27,224 nucleotides of DNA from Burkholderiales bacterium (GCA_046714645.1 JBKKAO010000360.1:1-27224), one strand, 5' to 3'; numbered from the stretch's first letter, positions 1-9,548 are shown. Numbers and translations are program-made. Notes: generated by a model not told the origin, from the sequence alone.

Positions 1-39
1 AACATCACGTTCGTCAAAATGGGAGGGAATGTAGATCAT
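1..39 (-). CDS. Partial CDS running off the window start; N-terminus resembles PaiB-family FMN-binding split-barrel proteins
   Basis: ATG at 39-37, 3 bp after the murU stop, reads MIYIPSHFDERDV, resembling the typical PaiB start MY(I/L)PxHF(E/D)E. Only 13 codons are visible and it is not in the ORF track. Confidence 0.45.
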   Translation of the reverse strand, partial: MIYIPSHFDERDV

Positions 40-42
40 GCC

Positions 43-738
43 TTAGAGGCGGCTCCGGGCGAGCTGGTCCGCTTGCGCCAAGCGCTCGGGAGTACCCACG
101 TCCAACCACTGTCCGTCGTACTTGCAACCGGTGACTTCACCGCGTGCGATGCCTTGCTTCAAGAGTGGTCCCAAGGCGGCGCGTGTACCCGGAACGATGT
201 TCGCGAAGAACGATCGCCGGTAGAGGCCGATGCCGCTAAAAGTGTAGGGAGGCGCCGCAACGCACACCACGCGATCCCCGTCGAGGGCGAAATCGCCTTT
301 CGTATTATGGGAGGGGTTGCTCACCAAAATCAGGTGGGCGGCCGTCGCTCCTGAACTCGTTGCGATGACCGTGGGCAGTAGGGCCGAGAAATCATAGTCG
401 GTGAAAATGTCGCCGTTCACGACGACGAAGTGCTCACCGTCTAGGAGGGCTAGCGCCTTCGCAATTCCGCCTGCGGTCTCCAAGGCGGTTCCCTCGCACG
501 AATAGCGTATGCGAACGCCGAATCGCTGGCCATCACCGAGATAGGATTCGATTTGGGTACCTAGCCAGGCGTGATTGATTGCGATGTCTGCGAAACCGGC
601 TGTTTTGAGGCCTTCTATGTGCCACTGAATGAGAGGTTTGCCGCCAGCTTCTAGCAGGCATTTTGGGGTTCGGTCGGTCAAGGGACGCATGCGTTCACCA
701 CGACCCGCTGCAAGAATCATGGCTTGGGGCGTGGTCAA
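43..738 (-). CDS. murU: N-acetylmuramate alpha-1-phosphate uridylyltransferase MurU
   Basis: NTP-transferase motifs AMILAAGRGERMRPLTD, PKCLL, ETAGG, VNGD, WLDVGTPERL; 231 aa; TTG start overlaps the amgK TGA stop; conserved amgK-murU pair next to lptD. Confidence 0.93.
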   Translation of the reverse strand: MTTPQAMILAAGRGERMRPLTDRTPKCLLEAGGKPLIQWHIEGLKTAGFADIAINHAWLGTQIESYLGDGQRFGVRIRYSCEGTALETAGGIAKALALLDGEHFVVVNGDIFTDYDFSALLPTVIATSSGATAAHLILVSNPSHNTKGDFALDGDRVVCVAAPPYTFSGIGLYRRSFFANIVPGTRAALGPLLKQGIARGEVTGCKYDGQWLDVGTPERLAQADQLARSRL

Positions 739-1727
739 AAGGTAAGTCCTGTGACGCTTGGCGCACCTTCCAGCTCATCGAGCAGCTTTACCATTAGGCG
801 CAACTCTCCATAGCGCGCACAAGCTTTTCGCAAGTAGGACATGACCAGGGGTAGATCCTTTAGGTATCCATCCTTTCCGTCTCGATACCACAGGCGCGCG
901 AATATTCCCAGCACCTTGAGGTGGCGCTGCACACCCATCCACTCGAAGTCCTTGTAGAACTCTCCGAAATCGGAGGGCACGGGTAAGGAGGCTTTGCGCG
1001 CTTTCTCCCAATAGCGCGCGGTCCAATCCAGTACGCGCTCCTCCTCCCAGGATACATAAGCGTCCTTCAGTAGGGACACGAGATCATAGGAGACCGGTCC
1101 GTAGACGGCATCCTGAAAGTCAAGAATGCCGGGATTGGGCGTGCTGATCATCAGATTGCGGGAGTGATAGTCGCGGTGAACATACACCTTGCCCTCGCTC
1201 AAATTGCGCTTCACCACGGTGTCGAAGAGCGCTACAAACTGCGATCGTTGATCCTTAGTCAAGGTAGCGTTGAGATGGCGCTGGATGTACCAATCGGGGA
1301 ACAGCATCACTTCCCGGTTCAGCAGCGCACGGTCGTACTCGGGCAGTTCCGAGGGCCGGCTACTGAGTTGAATTCGCACCAAGGCGTCGATGGCGTCGAG
1401 GTAGAGTCCGTTCGCGCTACCGGGAGACAGTTGGTTTAGATAGGTTTGGTGGCCTAGATCGCTTAGCAGTAGAAATCCCGCGGCGAGGTCCTGCTCCACG
1501 ATCTGAGGCACGTGGACTCCTGCTTCACTAAACAACTTCGCGACGTGGACGAAGGGCCCGCAGTCTTCCTGCGGAGGCGGTGCATCCATGGCGATCAGAG
1601 TTTGCCCGTCCAGAAATACGCGAAAGTAACGTCTAAAACTGGCGTCGGCGGAGGCAGGCTCCATCCCCAATCGCGGTTGTTTAAGACGCTGGTGCAGCCA
1701 AGCTTCGAGTTGTTGCTGTCTATCCAT
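735..1727 (-). CDS. amgK: MurNAc/GlcNAc anomeric kinase AmgK (APH-family phosphotransferase)
   Basis: Motifs ASADASFRRYFR, MDAPP, LSDLG, HRDYHSRNLM, LDFQDA, YDLVSLL, QRHLKVLGIFARL. Start moved from 1856 to ATG 1727 (MDRQQQ, 330 aa) because the longer ORF overlaps lptD. Confidence 0.9.
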   Translation of the reverse strand: MDRQQQLEAWLHQRLKQPRLGMEPASADASFRRYFRVFLDGQTLIAMDAPPPQEDCGPFVHVAKLFSEAGVHVPQIVEQDLAAGFLLLSDLGHQTYLNQLSPGSANGLYLDAIDALVRIQLSSRPSELPEYDRALLNREVMLFPDWYIQRHLNATLTKDQRSQFVALFDTVVKRNLSEGKVYVHRDYHSRNLMISTPNPGILDFQDAVYGPVSYDLVSLLKDAYVSWEEERVLDWTARYWEKARKASLPVPSDFGEFYKDFEWMGVQRHLKVLGIFARLWYRDGKDGYLKDLPLVMSYLRKACARYGELRLMVKLLDELEGAPSVTGLTF

Positions 1728-1738
1728 GCCAACGGGAT

Positions 1739-1770
1739 TTGGTGTGTCAGAAGTAAACGGTAGAATTGTA
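1739..1770. promoter_or_regulatory. Candidate divergent sigma70 promoters for lptD (+) and amgK (-)
   Basis: Plus strand TTGGTG (1739-1744)-N16-TAGAAT (1761-1766); minus strand TACAAT (1770-1765) overlapping it, with no good -35. Confidence 0.4.
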
Positions 1771-1801
1771 GCTTCCAATCTCTCTCTAATCTCTCGCCAC
1801 A

Positions 1802-4009
1802 ATGCCCTTTCGATACCGCGTACTCGCGGCATGTGTTGCGGCGGCGTTCGCGTCATCGGCCATGGCGGAGGAATTCGGGCTCAAACTTGATCGGATCGAT
1901 GAACCGGTTTTGAAGCCGCACTCCGCCGGTTCCGGCGAAGAATCGCCTTTCTTTATCGAGGCCGATCGCCTAACCGGCTATCAAACGGGACAGTTTCACG
2001 CACACGGGGACGTCATGCTTCGCGGCCGCGGAATGCAAGCGTGGGCCGATGACCTGTTTGGATCGCTGCCAGACAGTGAATTGTCAGGAAGTGGTCACGT
2101 GAAGATTGACCGCTTGGGCGACGTCATCACGGGTGACCGGTTCTTTTTCGACACCGACTCCAACTCAGGCTACATCGAAGAAGCCACCTACTACATTAAA
2201 CAGTACGGCGCCCGCGGACGGGCGCGAAGCGCCGAGTTCATCAATCAAGACCGCTTTAGAGCAACCAAGGCGACCTACACCACCTGCGACCTCGGCCAAG
2301 ATGATTGGTACCTCAAGGTTAGCCAACTCGATATCGACAGGGTGCGCGACGTCGGCGAGGCGAGGAACGTCACCTTGCGCTTCAAGGAGGTGCCGATCCT
2401 ATATTCGCCTTGGATCAATTTCCCGGTGGGCAGCAAACGCAAGACAGGTTTGCTCGCGCCCTCCTTCGGCACCACACAAAAAGGAGGGGTCGAGATTACA
2501 ACTCCCATCTACCTTGATCTGGCGCCAAACTACGATGCCACCGTATCGCCCCGCTTCATGACCAAGCGCGGCCTCTTGTTGAATAACGAAGTTCGCTACC
2601 TTAGGCAGTCTTTTTCAGGAGAGTTGAGAGCCGAGTATTTGCCCGATGACCGGGTGATCGATGACTCGCGCTATGGATTCGCCTTCAGGCATGGCCAAAA
2701 CTTTGGCGGAGGCTTCTCCGCGGCTATCAATCTTAATAAAGTCTCCGACGATCAGTACTTCATCGATCTAAGCGACAAGATTTCTGTCACGTCCCTGACC
2801 AATCTGCCGCGGGAAGCCTCCCTGTCCTATAACGGTGGCTGGTGGAACGCCAATGCGCGAACCCAGCGCTTTCAAACCTTGCAGGATCCCTTGGCGCCTG
2901 TGGTACCGCCTTACGCTCGCGTACCGCAACTTACCCTGAATGCTTCGCGCCCCAATGAGCGAGGCTTCGACCTGAACTTTCAAAGCGAAGTGGTGTCTTT
3001 CCGGCACCCCACACAGGTGGAGGTTCTGCGGCAGCTCTATTACCCCAGCGTTCAGATCCCCATGGACGCAGGTTACTTCACCTTCACGCCCAAGGCGGGT
3101 CTACACCACCGGCGATACAGATTCACCAACACGGAGCGAGGTGACGAAACGCGTACCCTTCCCATCATGAGTTTGGACTCCTCCGTCATAATGGAACGGG
3201 ATGCGACGATGTTCGGCCAGCCTTTCGTGCAGACTCTGGAGCCGCGTCTGTACTACGTATATATTCCCTTCGAGGACCAAAGCCAGATTCCCCTTCTCGA
3301 CACGGCCATAGCCGATTTCAATCTGGGGCAGATCTTTACCGAGAACCAGTTCAGTGGGGTGGATCGCGTGAACGACGCCAATCAACTGACCGTGGCGGTC
3401 ACCAGCCGCCTGCTCGGTGCGGAATCGGGGGAAGAGAGATTGCGGGGCATCTTAGGGCAACGCTATTACTTCAAATCGCAACAGGTGACGCTCAACAATC
3501 AGGTGCGCGAGTTCAATCGCTCCGATTTGCTGGCGGCGCTCAATGGCAGACTGACCCGGGATTGGTCCGTGGATTCAGCTTTGCAGTACGACGTGAACAA
3601 TGAGCAAGCACAGAAGCTCAGTGTGGTGTTCCGCTACCAACCCGAAGCAGGCAAGCTCGCCAACTTCGGCTATCGCTTTCAAAGACAGTCACTCAAGACC
3701 TTGGATTTTTCCTCGCAGTGGCCGCTGTCCACCAAGTGGACCGGACTCGCGCGATGGAACTACTCTATCAAGGACCACCAAATCGTCGAGGGCCTGGCAG
3801 GCCTTGAATATAATGCCGGATGCTGGGCCCTGCGTATGGTGGCGCATCGATTCGCCACCGCGACATCGGTGGCAGTCAAATCATTCTTTTTGCAACTGGA
3901 ATTTACCGGACTCACCGGTCTGGGCAGCAACCCGATTGAAGTCCTGCGCCAGAACATCACTGGGTACACGAAAACCACCGATCTACCCAGAAAAGGAATC
4001 AACCCATAA
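1802..4009 (+). CDS. lptD: LPS-assembly outer-membrane protein LptD
   Basis: 735 aa; signal peptide MPFRYRVLAACVAAAFASSAMA; YTTC, PILYSPW, GLLAPS, NLAPNYD-like, TLEPRLYYVYIP, DRVNDANQLT, EYNAGCWA motifs; followed by surA. Confidence 0.97.
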   Translation: MPFRYRVLAACVAAAFASSAMAEEFGLKLDRIDEPVLKPHSAGSGEESPFFIEADRLTGYQTGQFHAHGDVMLRGRGMQAWADDLFGSLPDSELSGSGHVKIDRLGDVITGDRFFFDTDSNSGYIEEATYYIKQYGARGRARSAEFINQDRFRATKATYTTCDLGQDDWYLKVSQLDIDRVRDVGEARNVTLRFKEVPILYSPWINFPVGSKRKTGLLAPSFGTTQKGGVEITTPIYLDLAPNYDATVSPRFMTKRGLLLNNEVRYLRQSFSGELRAEYLPDDRVIDDSRYGFAFRHGQNFGGGFSAAINLNKVSDDQYFIDLSDKISVTSLTNLPREASLSYNGGWWNANARTQRFQTLQDPLAPVVPPYARVPQLTLNASRPNERGFDLNFQSEVVSFRHPTQVEVLRQLYYPSVQIPMDAGYFTFTPKAGLHHRRYRFTNTERGDETRTLPIMSLDSSVIMERDATMFGQPFVQTLEPRLYYVYIPFEDQSQIPLLDTAIADFNLGQIFTENQFSGVDRVNDANQLTVAVTSRLLGAESGEERLRGILGQRYYFKSQQVTLNNQVREFNRSDLLAALNGRLTRDWSVDSALQYDVNNEQAQKLSVVFRYQPEAGKLANFGYRFQRQSLKTLDFSSQWPLSTKWTGLARWNYSIKDHQIVEGLAGLEYNAGCWALRMVAHRFATATSVAVKSFFLQLEFTGLTGLGSNPIEVLRQNITGYTKTTDLPRKGINP

Positions 4010-5331
4010 TGAATCCGATGATATCCAAAGCGTACTGCCTCGCGTCGCTTCTAGTCGGGTCGCTCACAGCCAGTGTTTTAGGAGCTGAGTCGCCGGGCGA
4101 TGCCAAGATTTTGGCGCTGGACCGCGTGGTCGCCGTGGTGAACGAGGATGTGATTACCTCCGTGGAGCTGGGGCATGAATTGCAGCGCAGCGAGCAAATT
4201 CTTAGGAAGCAAGGTACGAAAGTGCCGCAGGATGAGGTATTCGAGCGCCAGATATTGGAGAGGCTCATCACCAAGCGCGTCCTGATGGCCAGCGCCAAAA
4301 GCTTTGGTGTCCAGGTGAATGATGCAGAACTGGAGAAGGCGCTGGAGCGGGTTGCCGAGGACAACAAACTCACCGTCTCAGGATTGCGCGAAGCGGTGGA
4401 GCGCGATGGACAGAGCTTCGAGAGTTTCCGCGAGGAGATCCGTACGGAGATTATCATCGGGCGCTTGAAGGAGCGAGAAGTCGATAGCAGGCTCGCGGTG
4501 ACCGACGCGGAAGTAGCGTCCTTCTTGAGCCGGCAAAATACGCAAGAAACCAGCAAGCCGGACGAATTCAACCTAGCCCACATTCTCATATCAGTCCCCG
4601 AGCAAGCGAGCGCGGAGGAAGTCAATCGCCGCAAGGCCAAGGCAGACGAAGCACTTGCGCAACTCAAGAAGGGCATTGATTTTGCTCAAGTAGCGGCGAG
4701 CTATTCGGACGCCTCCGATGCATTGCAAGGCGGTGCCATGGGATGGCGCTCGCCGGCACGCTTGCCATCGCTCTTCGTGGAAGCGCTTCGAAAGTTACGC
4801 TTGGGCGAGGTGGGCGCGCCCCTGCGTAGCCCCGCCGGTTTCCACATCCTTAAATTGATCGACAAACGTGGCGCCGAGACGCCGACGGTAGTACGGCAAA
4901 CCAAAGCGCGGCACATCTTGATACGCCTGAACGAAATCGTGTCGGAGAACGACGCCTTGAATCGCTTGAACGATCTCAAGGATCGCATCGAGAATAATGC
5001 GGATTTCGCCAATCTGGCGCGCTTGCATTCCGATGACGCGAGTGCCTCGAAAGGAGGAGAACTCGGATGGATCTCGCCGGGAGATACGGTGCCGGAGTTC
5101 GAGCGGGCGCTCAATGCCCTTAAACCCGGAGAGGTGAGCACGCCCTTTCGTACCCCCTTCGGCTGGCATATCGTGCAGGCCACGGAGCGGCGCGACCAGG
5201 ATATGTCCGAAGACCGCAACAAGATGCAGGCGCGCCAAGCCATACGGCTGCGCAAATCCGAGCAACAATGGCAAGATTGGGTGCGATACCAGCGCGACAA
5301 GGCTTTCGTAGAGTACCGGCTACAAGATTAA
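4009..5331 (+). CDS. surA: Periplasmic chaperone / peptidyl-prolyl isomerase SurA
   Basis: 440 aa; signal peptide; LDRVVAVVNEDVIT N-domain; two parvulin domains (LAHILI...GGAMGW and KARHILI...GGELGW); TAATG overlap with the lptD stop. Confidence 0.96.
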   Translation: MNPMISKAYCLASLLVGSLTASVLGAESPGDAKILALDRVVAVVNEDVITSVELGHELQRSEQILRKQGTKVPQDEVFERQILERLITKRVLMASAKSFGVQVNDAELEKALERVAEDNKLTVSGLREAVERDGQSFESFREEIRTEIIIGRLKEREVDSRLAVTDAEVASFLSRQNTQETSKPDEFNLAHILISVPEQASAEEVNRRKAKADEALAQLKKGIDFAQVAASYSDASDALQGGAMGWRSPARLPSLFVEALRKLRLGEVGAPLRSPAGFHILKLIDKRGAETPTVVRQTKARHILIRLNEIVSENDALNRLNDLKDRIENNADFANLARLHSDDASASKGGELGWISPGDTVPEFERALNALKPGEVSTPFRTPFGWHIVQATERRDQDMSEDRNKMQARQAIRLRKSEQQWQDWVRYQRDKAFVEYRLQD

Positions 5332-5357
5332 TCCCGGTCTTAGCGCAAGGCGCGCGC

Positions 5358-6167
5358 ATGGATCACCGGCCACGCAAGCGTTTCGGCCAACATTTCCTGC
5401 AAGACCGTGGTGTGGTGAGCCGTATCGCGGATGCCATCAATCCGCGGCCTGACGAGATGATCGTCGAGATCGGACCGGGTACCGGAGTGCTTACGCGGGC
5501 GCTGCTTGAACGGCTTGCCATCGTGCAGGCCGTGGAGATCGACCGTGACCTGGCCGCGCAATTACGACAGCGCTTCGCGGGCCAGCCGTTGACGCTACAC
5601 GTGGCCGATGTGCTCAAGTTTGACCTGCGTACCCTTGGACCGGCCCTGCGCGTGGCGGGGAATCTTCCCTACAACATTTCTACGCCCCTTCTATTTCATA
5701 TCGGTGAGCAACTTCCCGATCTAGTGGATGGTCACTTCATGCTGCAAAAGGAGGTCGTGGATCGCATGGCTGCAAAACCCTCCTCCAGTGACTACGGCCG
5801 GCTATCGGTCATGATCCAGCACCGGTTTGCTGTTGAAAAACTCTTCGACGTTGCGCCAGAGGCATTTCATCCACCACCCAAGGTCGGGTCCGCCATGGTG
5901 CGCCTAAAGCCCTTGGCGCGTTCCGCGGCGCTGGTTCAGGATCCGGCGCTATTTAGCGAACTGGTGACGCGTGCCTTTACCCAGCGGCGCAAGATGATCC
6001 GCAATGCGCTTGGAAGCTATCTTGGGGATGCCGCTTGGAACGAACTGGGACTCGATCCGGTTTTGCGGCCGGAGAATCTCAGCGTGGAAGACTATGCACG
6101 CACTGCTAACTATGTCGCGCGGCAACGCGCCATGGAAAGCGCTAGGCCGGGCGAGCCCTCTGAATGA
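5358..6167 (+). CDS. rsmA: 16S rRNA m6,2A1518/1519 dimethyltransferase RsmA (KsgA)
   Basis: [52 protein letters not shown]. Start set at ATG 5358 (269 aa) because the longer ORF overlaps surA. Confidence 0.96.
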   Translation: MDHRPRKRFGQHFLQDRGVVSRIADAINPRPDEMIVEIGPGTGVLTRALLERLAIVQAVEIDRDLAAQLRQRFAGQPLTLHVADVLKFDLRTLGPALRVAGNLPYNISTPLLFHIGEQLPDLVDGHFMLQKEVVDRMAAKPSSSDYGRLSVMIQHRFAVEKLFDVAPEAFHPPPKVGSAMVRLKPLARSAALVQDPALFSELVTRAFTQRRKMIRNALGSYLGDAAWNELGLDPVLRPENLSVEDYARTANYVARQRAMESARPGEPSE

Positions 6168-6534
6168 ACTCGATCTTATAACCGTCGGGATCTTCGACAA
6201 AGGCAATCACTGTTGTCCCATGCTTCATCGGGCCCGCCTCGCGAGTGACATTTCCGCCCCGCGCCCGGACATCCTCGCAGGCTTTATACGCATCTTCGAC
6301 TTCAATAGCGATATGCCCGTAACCTGCGCCCAAATCGTAGGACTTGATTTCCCAGTTGTGGGTAAGTTCGAGCACCGCCTGCTCTGCCTCTGAACCGTAT
6401 CCAACAAAAGCCAGCGTGAACTTTCCGTCAGGAAAGTCTTTTCGCCGCAGCAATGTCATCCCTAGCACTTGCACATAGAAATCCAGCGATCGCTGCAGAT
6501 CGCCTACGCGTAGCATGGTGTGCAATATCCTCAT
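6142..6534 (-). CDS. gloA: Lactoylglutathione lyase (glyoxalase I, short E. coli-like type)
   Basis: [40 protein letters not shown] with the four metal ligands H/E/H/E; strong SD GGAGAAGGAG upstream; 130 aa. Confidence 0.96.
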   Translation of the reverse strand: MRILHTMLRVGDLQRSLDFYVQVLGMTLLRRKDFPDGKFTLAFVGYGSEAEQAVLELTHNWEIKSYDLGAGYGHIAIEVEDAYKACEDVRARGGNVTREAGPMKHGTTVIAFVEDPDGYKIEFIQRARPA

Positions 6535-6551
6535 TTAAGTTCTCCTTCTCC

Positions 6552-6737
6552 TTACACTTCCACGAGTTCGAAGTCTTCCTTGCGCGCACCGCATTCTGGG
6601 CATACCCAGTTCACCGGCACATCTTCCCAGCGAGTGCCGGGCTTGATGCCTTCCTCGGGGACCCCCGCGGCTTCATCGTAGAGGTAACCGCATATCACAC
6701 ACATGAACGTTTTGTAGACCTGGACGTCGGACGTCAT
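6552..6737 (-). CDS. rubA: Rubredoxin
   Basis: 61 aa from ATG 6737: CVICGYLYD...[19 protein letters not shown], two CxxC Fe knuckles. The longer 115-aa ORF is an artefactual extension into thiD. Confidence 0.95.
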   Translation of the reverse strand: MTSDVQVYKTFMCVICGYLYDEAAGVPEEGIKPGTRWEDVPVNWVCPECGARKEDFELVEV

Positions 6738-6780
6738 CGTTGTTCTATCCCGAATCAAGTAAACTCGGTATTTTATAGGA

Positions 6781-7629
6781 ATGCCCGTTCGGGCAGAACT
6801 AGTGTCCGCTGCCCCGCCTCCTGTAGTACTCACCTTCGCCGCCTCGGATCCAAGTGGAGGTGCTGGAATACAAGCCGATCTGTTGACGCTATCCAGCATG
6901 GGCTGTCATGTTCTATCGGTGCTCACCGCCATCGTAGTTCAAGACACGGTCGGTGTGGAAAACATATACGTCCTGGATGCGGATTGGGTCGCCGACCAAG
7001 CCCGCTGCGTACTGGAAGATATGCCGGTGGCGGCCTTCAAGGTGGGAGTGCTCGGGAGCGTGGATGTTATCGCTGCCGTCGCCGAGGTGGTATCCGACTA
7101 TCCGGAGGTGCCCTTGATTTTAGATCCGGTACTGGCATCGGGCCGGGGTGATGAACTCGCCAATGAGGCAGTGATTTCCGCCATGCGTGAACTGCTCATT
7201 CCGCAAACCACGGTACTCACTCCGAACAGTTTGGAATTGCGCCGCTTGGTTCAAAGCGAGTTTGACGAAGAGGAAGCAAGCATCGAAGCGTCCGCCCAAC
7301 GCATCTTGGAGTTGGGTTGCGAGTATGTCTTGGTCACCGGAACGCACGAGAACACGCAGCAAGTGGTCAATGTCTTGTACTCGCGTGAGGGCCTCGTGCG
7401 TAGCGACACTTGGCAACGCTTGCCGGGCAGCTTCCATGGGTCGGGGTGCACCTTAGCCTCTGCTATCGCCGCTACGATCGCGAATGGACTGGATGTGCCC
7501 GAAGCGGTTCGCGATGCACAGGAGTTTACGTGGCAAACCTTGAATGGAGCCTACCGGCCAGGCATGGGACAGATGATTCCCGATCGCTTGTTTTGGGCGC
7601 GTGAGGATAGTGAAGGCAAAACCGATTAG
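6781..7629 (+). CDS. thiD: Hydroxymethylpyrimidine/phosphomethylpyrimidine kinase (ThiD family)
   Basis: [47 protein letters not shown]; upstream of thiE. Start is either ATG 6781 or in-frame GTG 6802. Confidence 0.88.
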   Translation: MPVRAELVSAAPPPVVLTFAASDPSGGAGIQADLLTLSSMGCHVLSVLTAIVVQDTVGVENIYVLDADWVADQARCVLEDMPVAAFKVGVLGSVDVIAAVAEVVSDYPEVPLILDPVLASGRGDELANEAVISAMRELLIPQTTVLTPNSLELRRLVQSEFDEEEASIEASAQRILELGCEYVLVTGTHENTQQVVNVLYSREGLVRSDTWQRLPGSFHGSGCTLASAIAATIANGLDVPEAVRDAQEFTWQTLNGAYRPGMGQMIPDRLFWAREDSEGKTD

Positions 7630-8251
7630 TGGTTTGTACGCCATCACGCCCCAGACCGAAGACGATTCGGATTTATTCCGGCGGGTCGAGCAGGCGCTGG
7701 TGGGTGGTGTAGCCCTGCTACAGTACCGCGACAAGACACCAGACTCGGTGCGCAGGTACCGGCGTGCGGCCTGCCTGCGCGATCTCTGTAGGAGGTTTGG
7801 TGTTCCGCTCATCATTAATGATGATCCCAAACTCGCCCGTGACGCGGAAGCTGATGGCGTGCACCTGGGTCGTGACGACCATGATATTTCGAGCTCACGA
7901 GCACTTCTAGGTGCGCACGCGATCATCGGTGTGTCCTGTTACGACCAGATTGAACGTGCCCGCGATGCGCAGGCCCAGGGCGCTAATTATGTTGCTTTCG
8001 GTAGTGTGTTTTCTTCGCAGGTTAAGCCCGGGGCGGTGAGGGCCTCCTTGGAATTGATTCGCCAAGCGAGCGATGAAATCAAGATCCCCGTGGTGGCCAT
8101 CGGCGGAATCGATCTGAGTAACGCCTGGCAGGTGATTCAAGCGGGTGCGCATTGTGTGGCGATTATTACCGCCTTATTTTCCGCCCCCGACATCAGCGAA
8201 CGGGCGCGAGCCTTCGCAGGGTTTTTTTCTTCGGTACACGAGCGAGGTTGA
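7601..8251 (+). CDS. thiE: Thiamine-phosphate synthase
   Basis: GLYAIT, LQYRDK, IINDD, GVHLG, GVSCY, YVAFG, VAIGGI motifs; GTG start (7601 or 7610) overlapping the thiD end. Confidence 0.93.
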   Translation: MRIVKAKPISGLYAITPQTEDDSDLFRRVEQALVGGVALLQYRDKTPDSVRRYRRAACLRDLCRRFGVPLIINDDPKLARDAEADGVHLGRDDHDISSSRALLGAHAIIGVSCYDQIERARDAQAQGANYVAFGSVFSSQVKPGAVRASLELIRQASDEIKIPVVAIGGIDLSNAWQVIQAGAHCVAIITALFSAPDISERARAFAGFFSSVHERG

Positions 8252-8257
8252 CGGCCC

Positions 8258-9544
8258 ATGATTTCTCGAAATCAATCATTGTTTGAGGCTTCCCAGCGCG
8301 TTATTCCTGGTGGTGTGAATTCCCCTGTCCGCGCCTTTAGAGCAGTGGGAGGGACGCCCTTATTTTTCTCCAAGGCGAGCGGCTCCCGGTTCTGGGATGC
8401 TGATGGCAAACCCTATCTCGACTATGTCGGTTCTTGGGGACCGCTTATATTGGGTCACGCTCACCCGGAAGTGGTCGAGGCGGTACGCAAGGCCGCGGAG
8501 TTTGGTCTGAGCTATGGCGCGCCGACGGAAGCGGAACTCCAACTGGCGGAGCTGCTTCAGCAGCGTCTACCGTCGCTGGAGATGTTACGCTTGGTGAGTT
8601 CAGGAACGGAAGCGACCATGACGGCTATACGGCTCGCCCGTGGGTTCACCGGGCGGAGCAAAATCATCAAATTCGAAGGGTGCTATCACGGGCACGCGGA
8701 TGCGCTGTTGGTGAAGGCTGGATCGGGCGCTTTAACCCTTGGCCAACCGAGTTCCGCTGGGGTGCCCGCGGAAACCGCAGCTCACACCATCGTGCTTTCC
8801 TTCAATGACGCCGAAGGACTTAAGCAGACCTTTGACGAACAAGGCGCCAGCATTGCTGCCGTCATCGTCGAACCCGTTCCGGGAAATATGAACCTTATCT
8901 ATCCCGCGCCAGGGTATTTGCAATTGCTGCGAGAACTCTGCACCCGAGAGGGCGCCGTGCTGATCTTCGACGAAGTCATGACGGGATTCCGGGTGGGACC
9001 GCAAGGTGCGCAAGGGTTGTTCGGTATTCATCCGGATCTCACGACCCTGGGGAAAGTCGTGGGTGGGGGTATGCCCCTGGCCGTCTTCGGCGGGCACCGC
9101 GAGATCATGCAGTGCATCGCGCCGCTAGGTCCGGTCTATCAAGCAGGAACCTTATCGGGCAATCCGATTGCCGTGGCAGCAGGGCTCGCCACACTACGCT
9201 TAATCGGCAAAGCGGGGTTTTTCGAGGACCTGAGCCGGTGCTGCCGTTCCTTAGTGGACGGTGTGTCCGAAGCGGCGGCCCAGGTGGGAGTCGCCTTCAG
9301 TGCGCAATCCGTGGGCGGGATGTTCGGAATGTATTTTAGCCGGCAAGTGCCTAGGAGCTACGCCGAAGTGATGCAAAGCGACCGAGAGACGTTCAATCGC
9401 TTTTTCCACCTTATGCTGGAAGAGGGAGTCTATCTCGCGCCATCGGCTTTCGAGGCGGGATTTGTGTCCTCGGCGCACTCGCAGGCGGATATCGGCGAAA
9501 CCATCGGCGCTGCGCGCCGTGTGTTCGCGAAACTTGCTTCTTGA
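8258..9544 (+). CDS. hemL: Glutamate-1-semialdehyde 2,1-aminomutase
   Basis: [57 protein letters not shown] (PLP lysine), [10 protein letters not shown]; 428 aa. Confidence 0.98.
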   Translation: MISRNQSLFEASQRVIPGGVNSPVRAFRAVGGTPLFFSKASGSRFWDADGKPYLDYVGSWGPLILGHAHPEVVEAVRKAAEFGLSYGAPTEAELQLAELLQQRLPSLEMLRLVSSGTEATMTAIRLARGFTGRSKIIKFEGCYHGHADALLVKAGSGALTLGQPSSAGVPAETAAHTIVLSFNDAEGLKQTFDEQGASIAAVIVEPVPGNMNLIYPAPGYLQLLRELCTREGAVLIFDEVMTGFRVGPQGAQGLFGIHPDLTTLGKVVGGGMPLAVFGGHREIMQCIAPLGPVYQAGTLSGNPIAVAAGLATLRLIGKAGFFEDLSRCCRSLVDGVSEAAAQVGVAFSAQSVGGMFGMYFSRQVPRSYAEVMQSDRETFNRFFHLMLEEGVYLAPSAFEAGFVSSAHSQADIGETIGAARRVFAKLAS

Positions 9545-9548
9545 AACG

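Noticed and set aside
1728-1856. ORF-track N-terminal extensions of amgK (also rsmA, rubredoxin, engB, mrcA and aroB)
   Set aside because: They overlap neighbouring genes or promoters, and family-typical N-termini begin at downstream starts.
3999-5300. Long antisense ORFs over surA (225, 199 and 159 aa)
   Set aside because: Ser/Arg/Ala-rich translations typical of non-coding frames; fully nested in surA.
6453-7151. 232-aa plus-strand ORF spanning gloA, rubredoxin and thiD
   Set aside because: Overlaps three well-supported genes and has no protein-like features.
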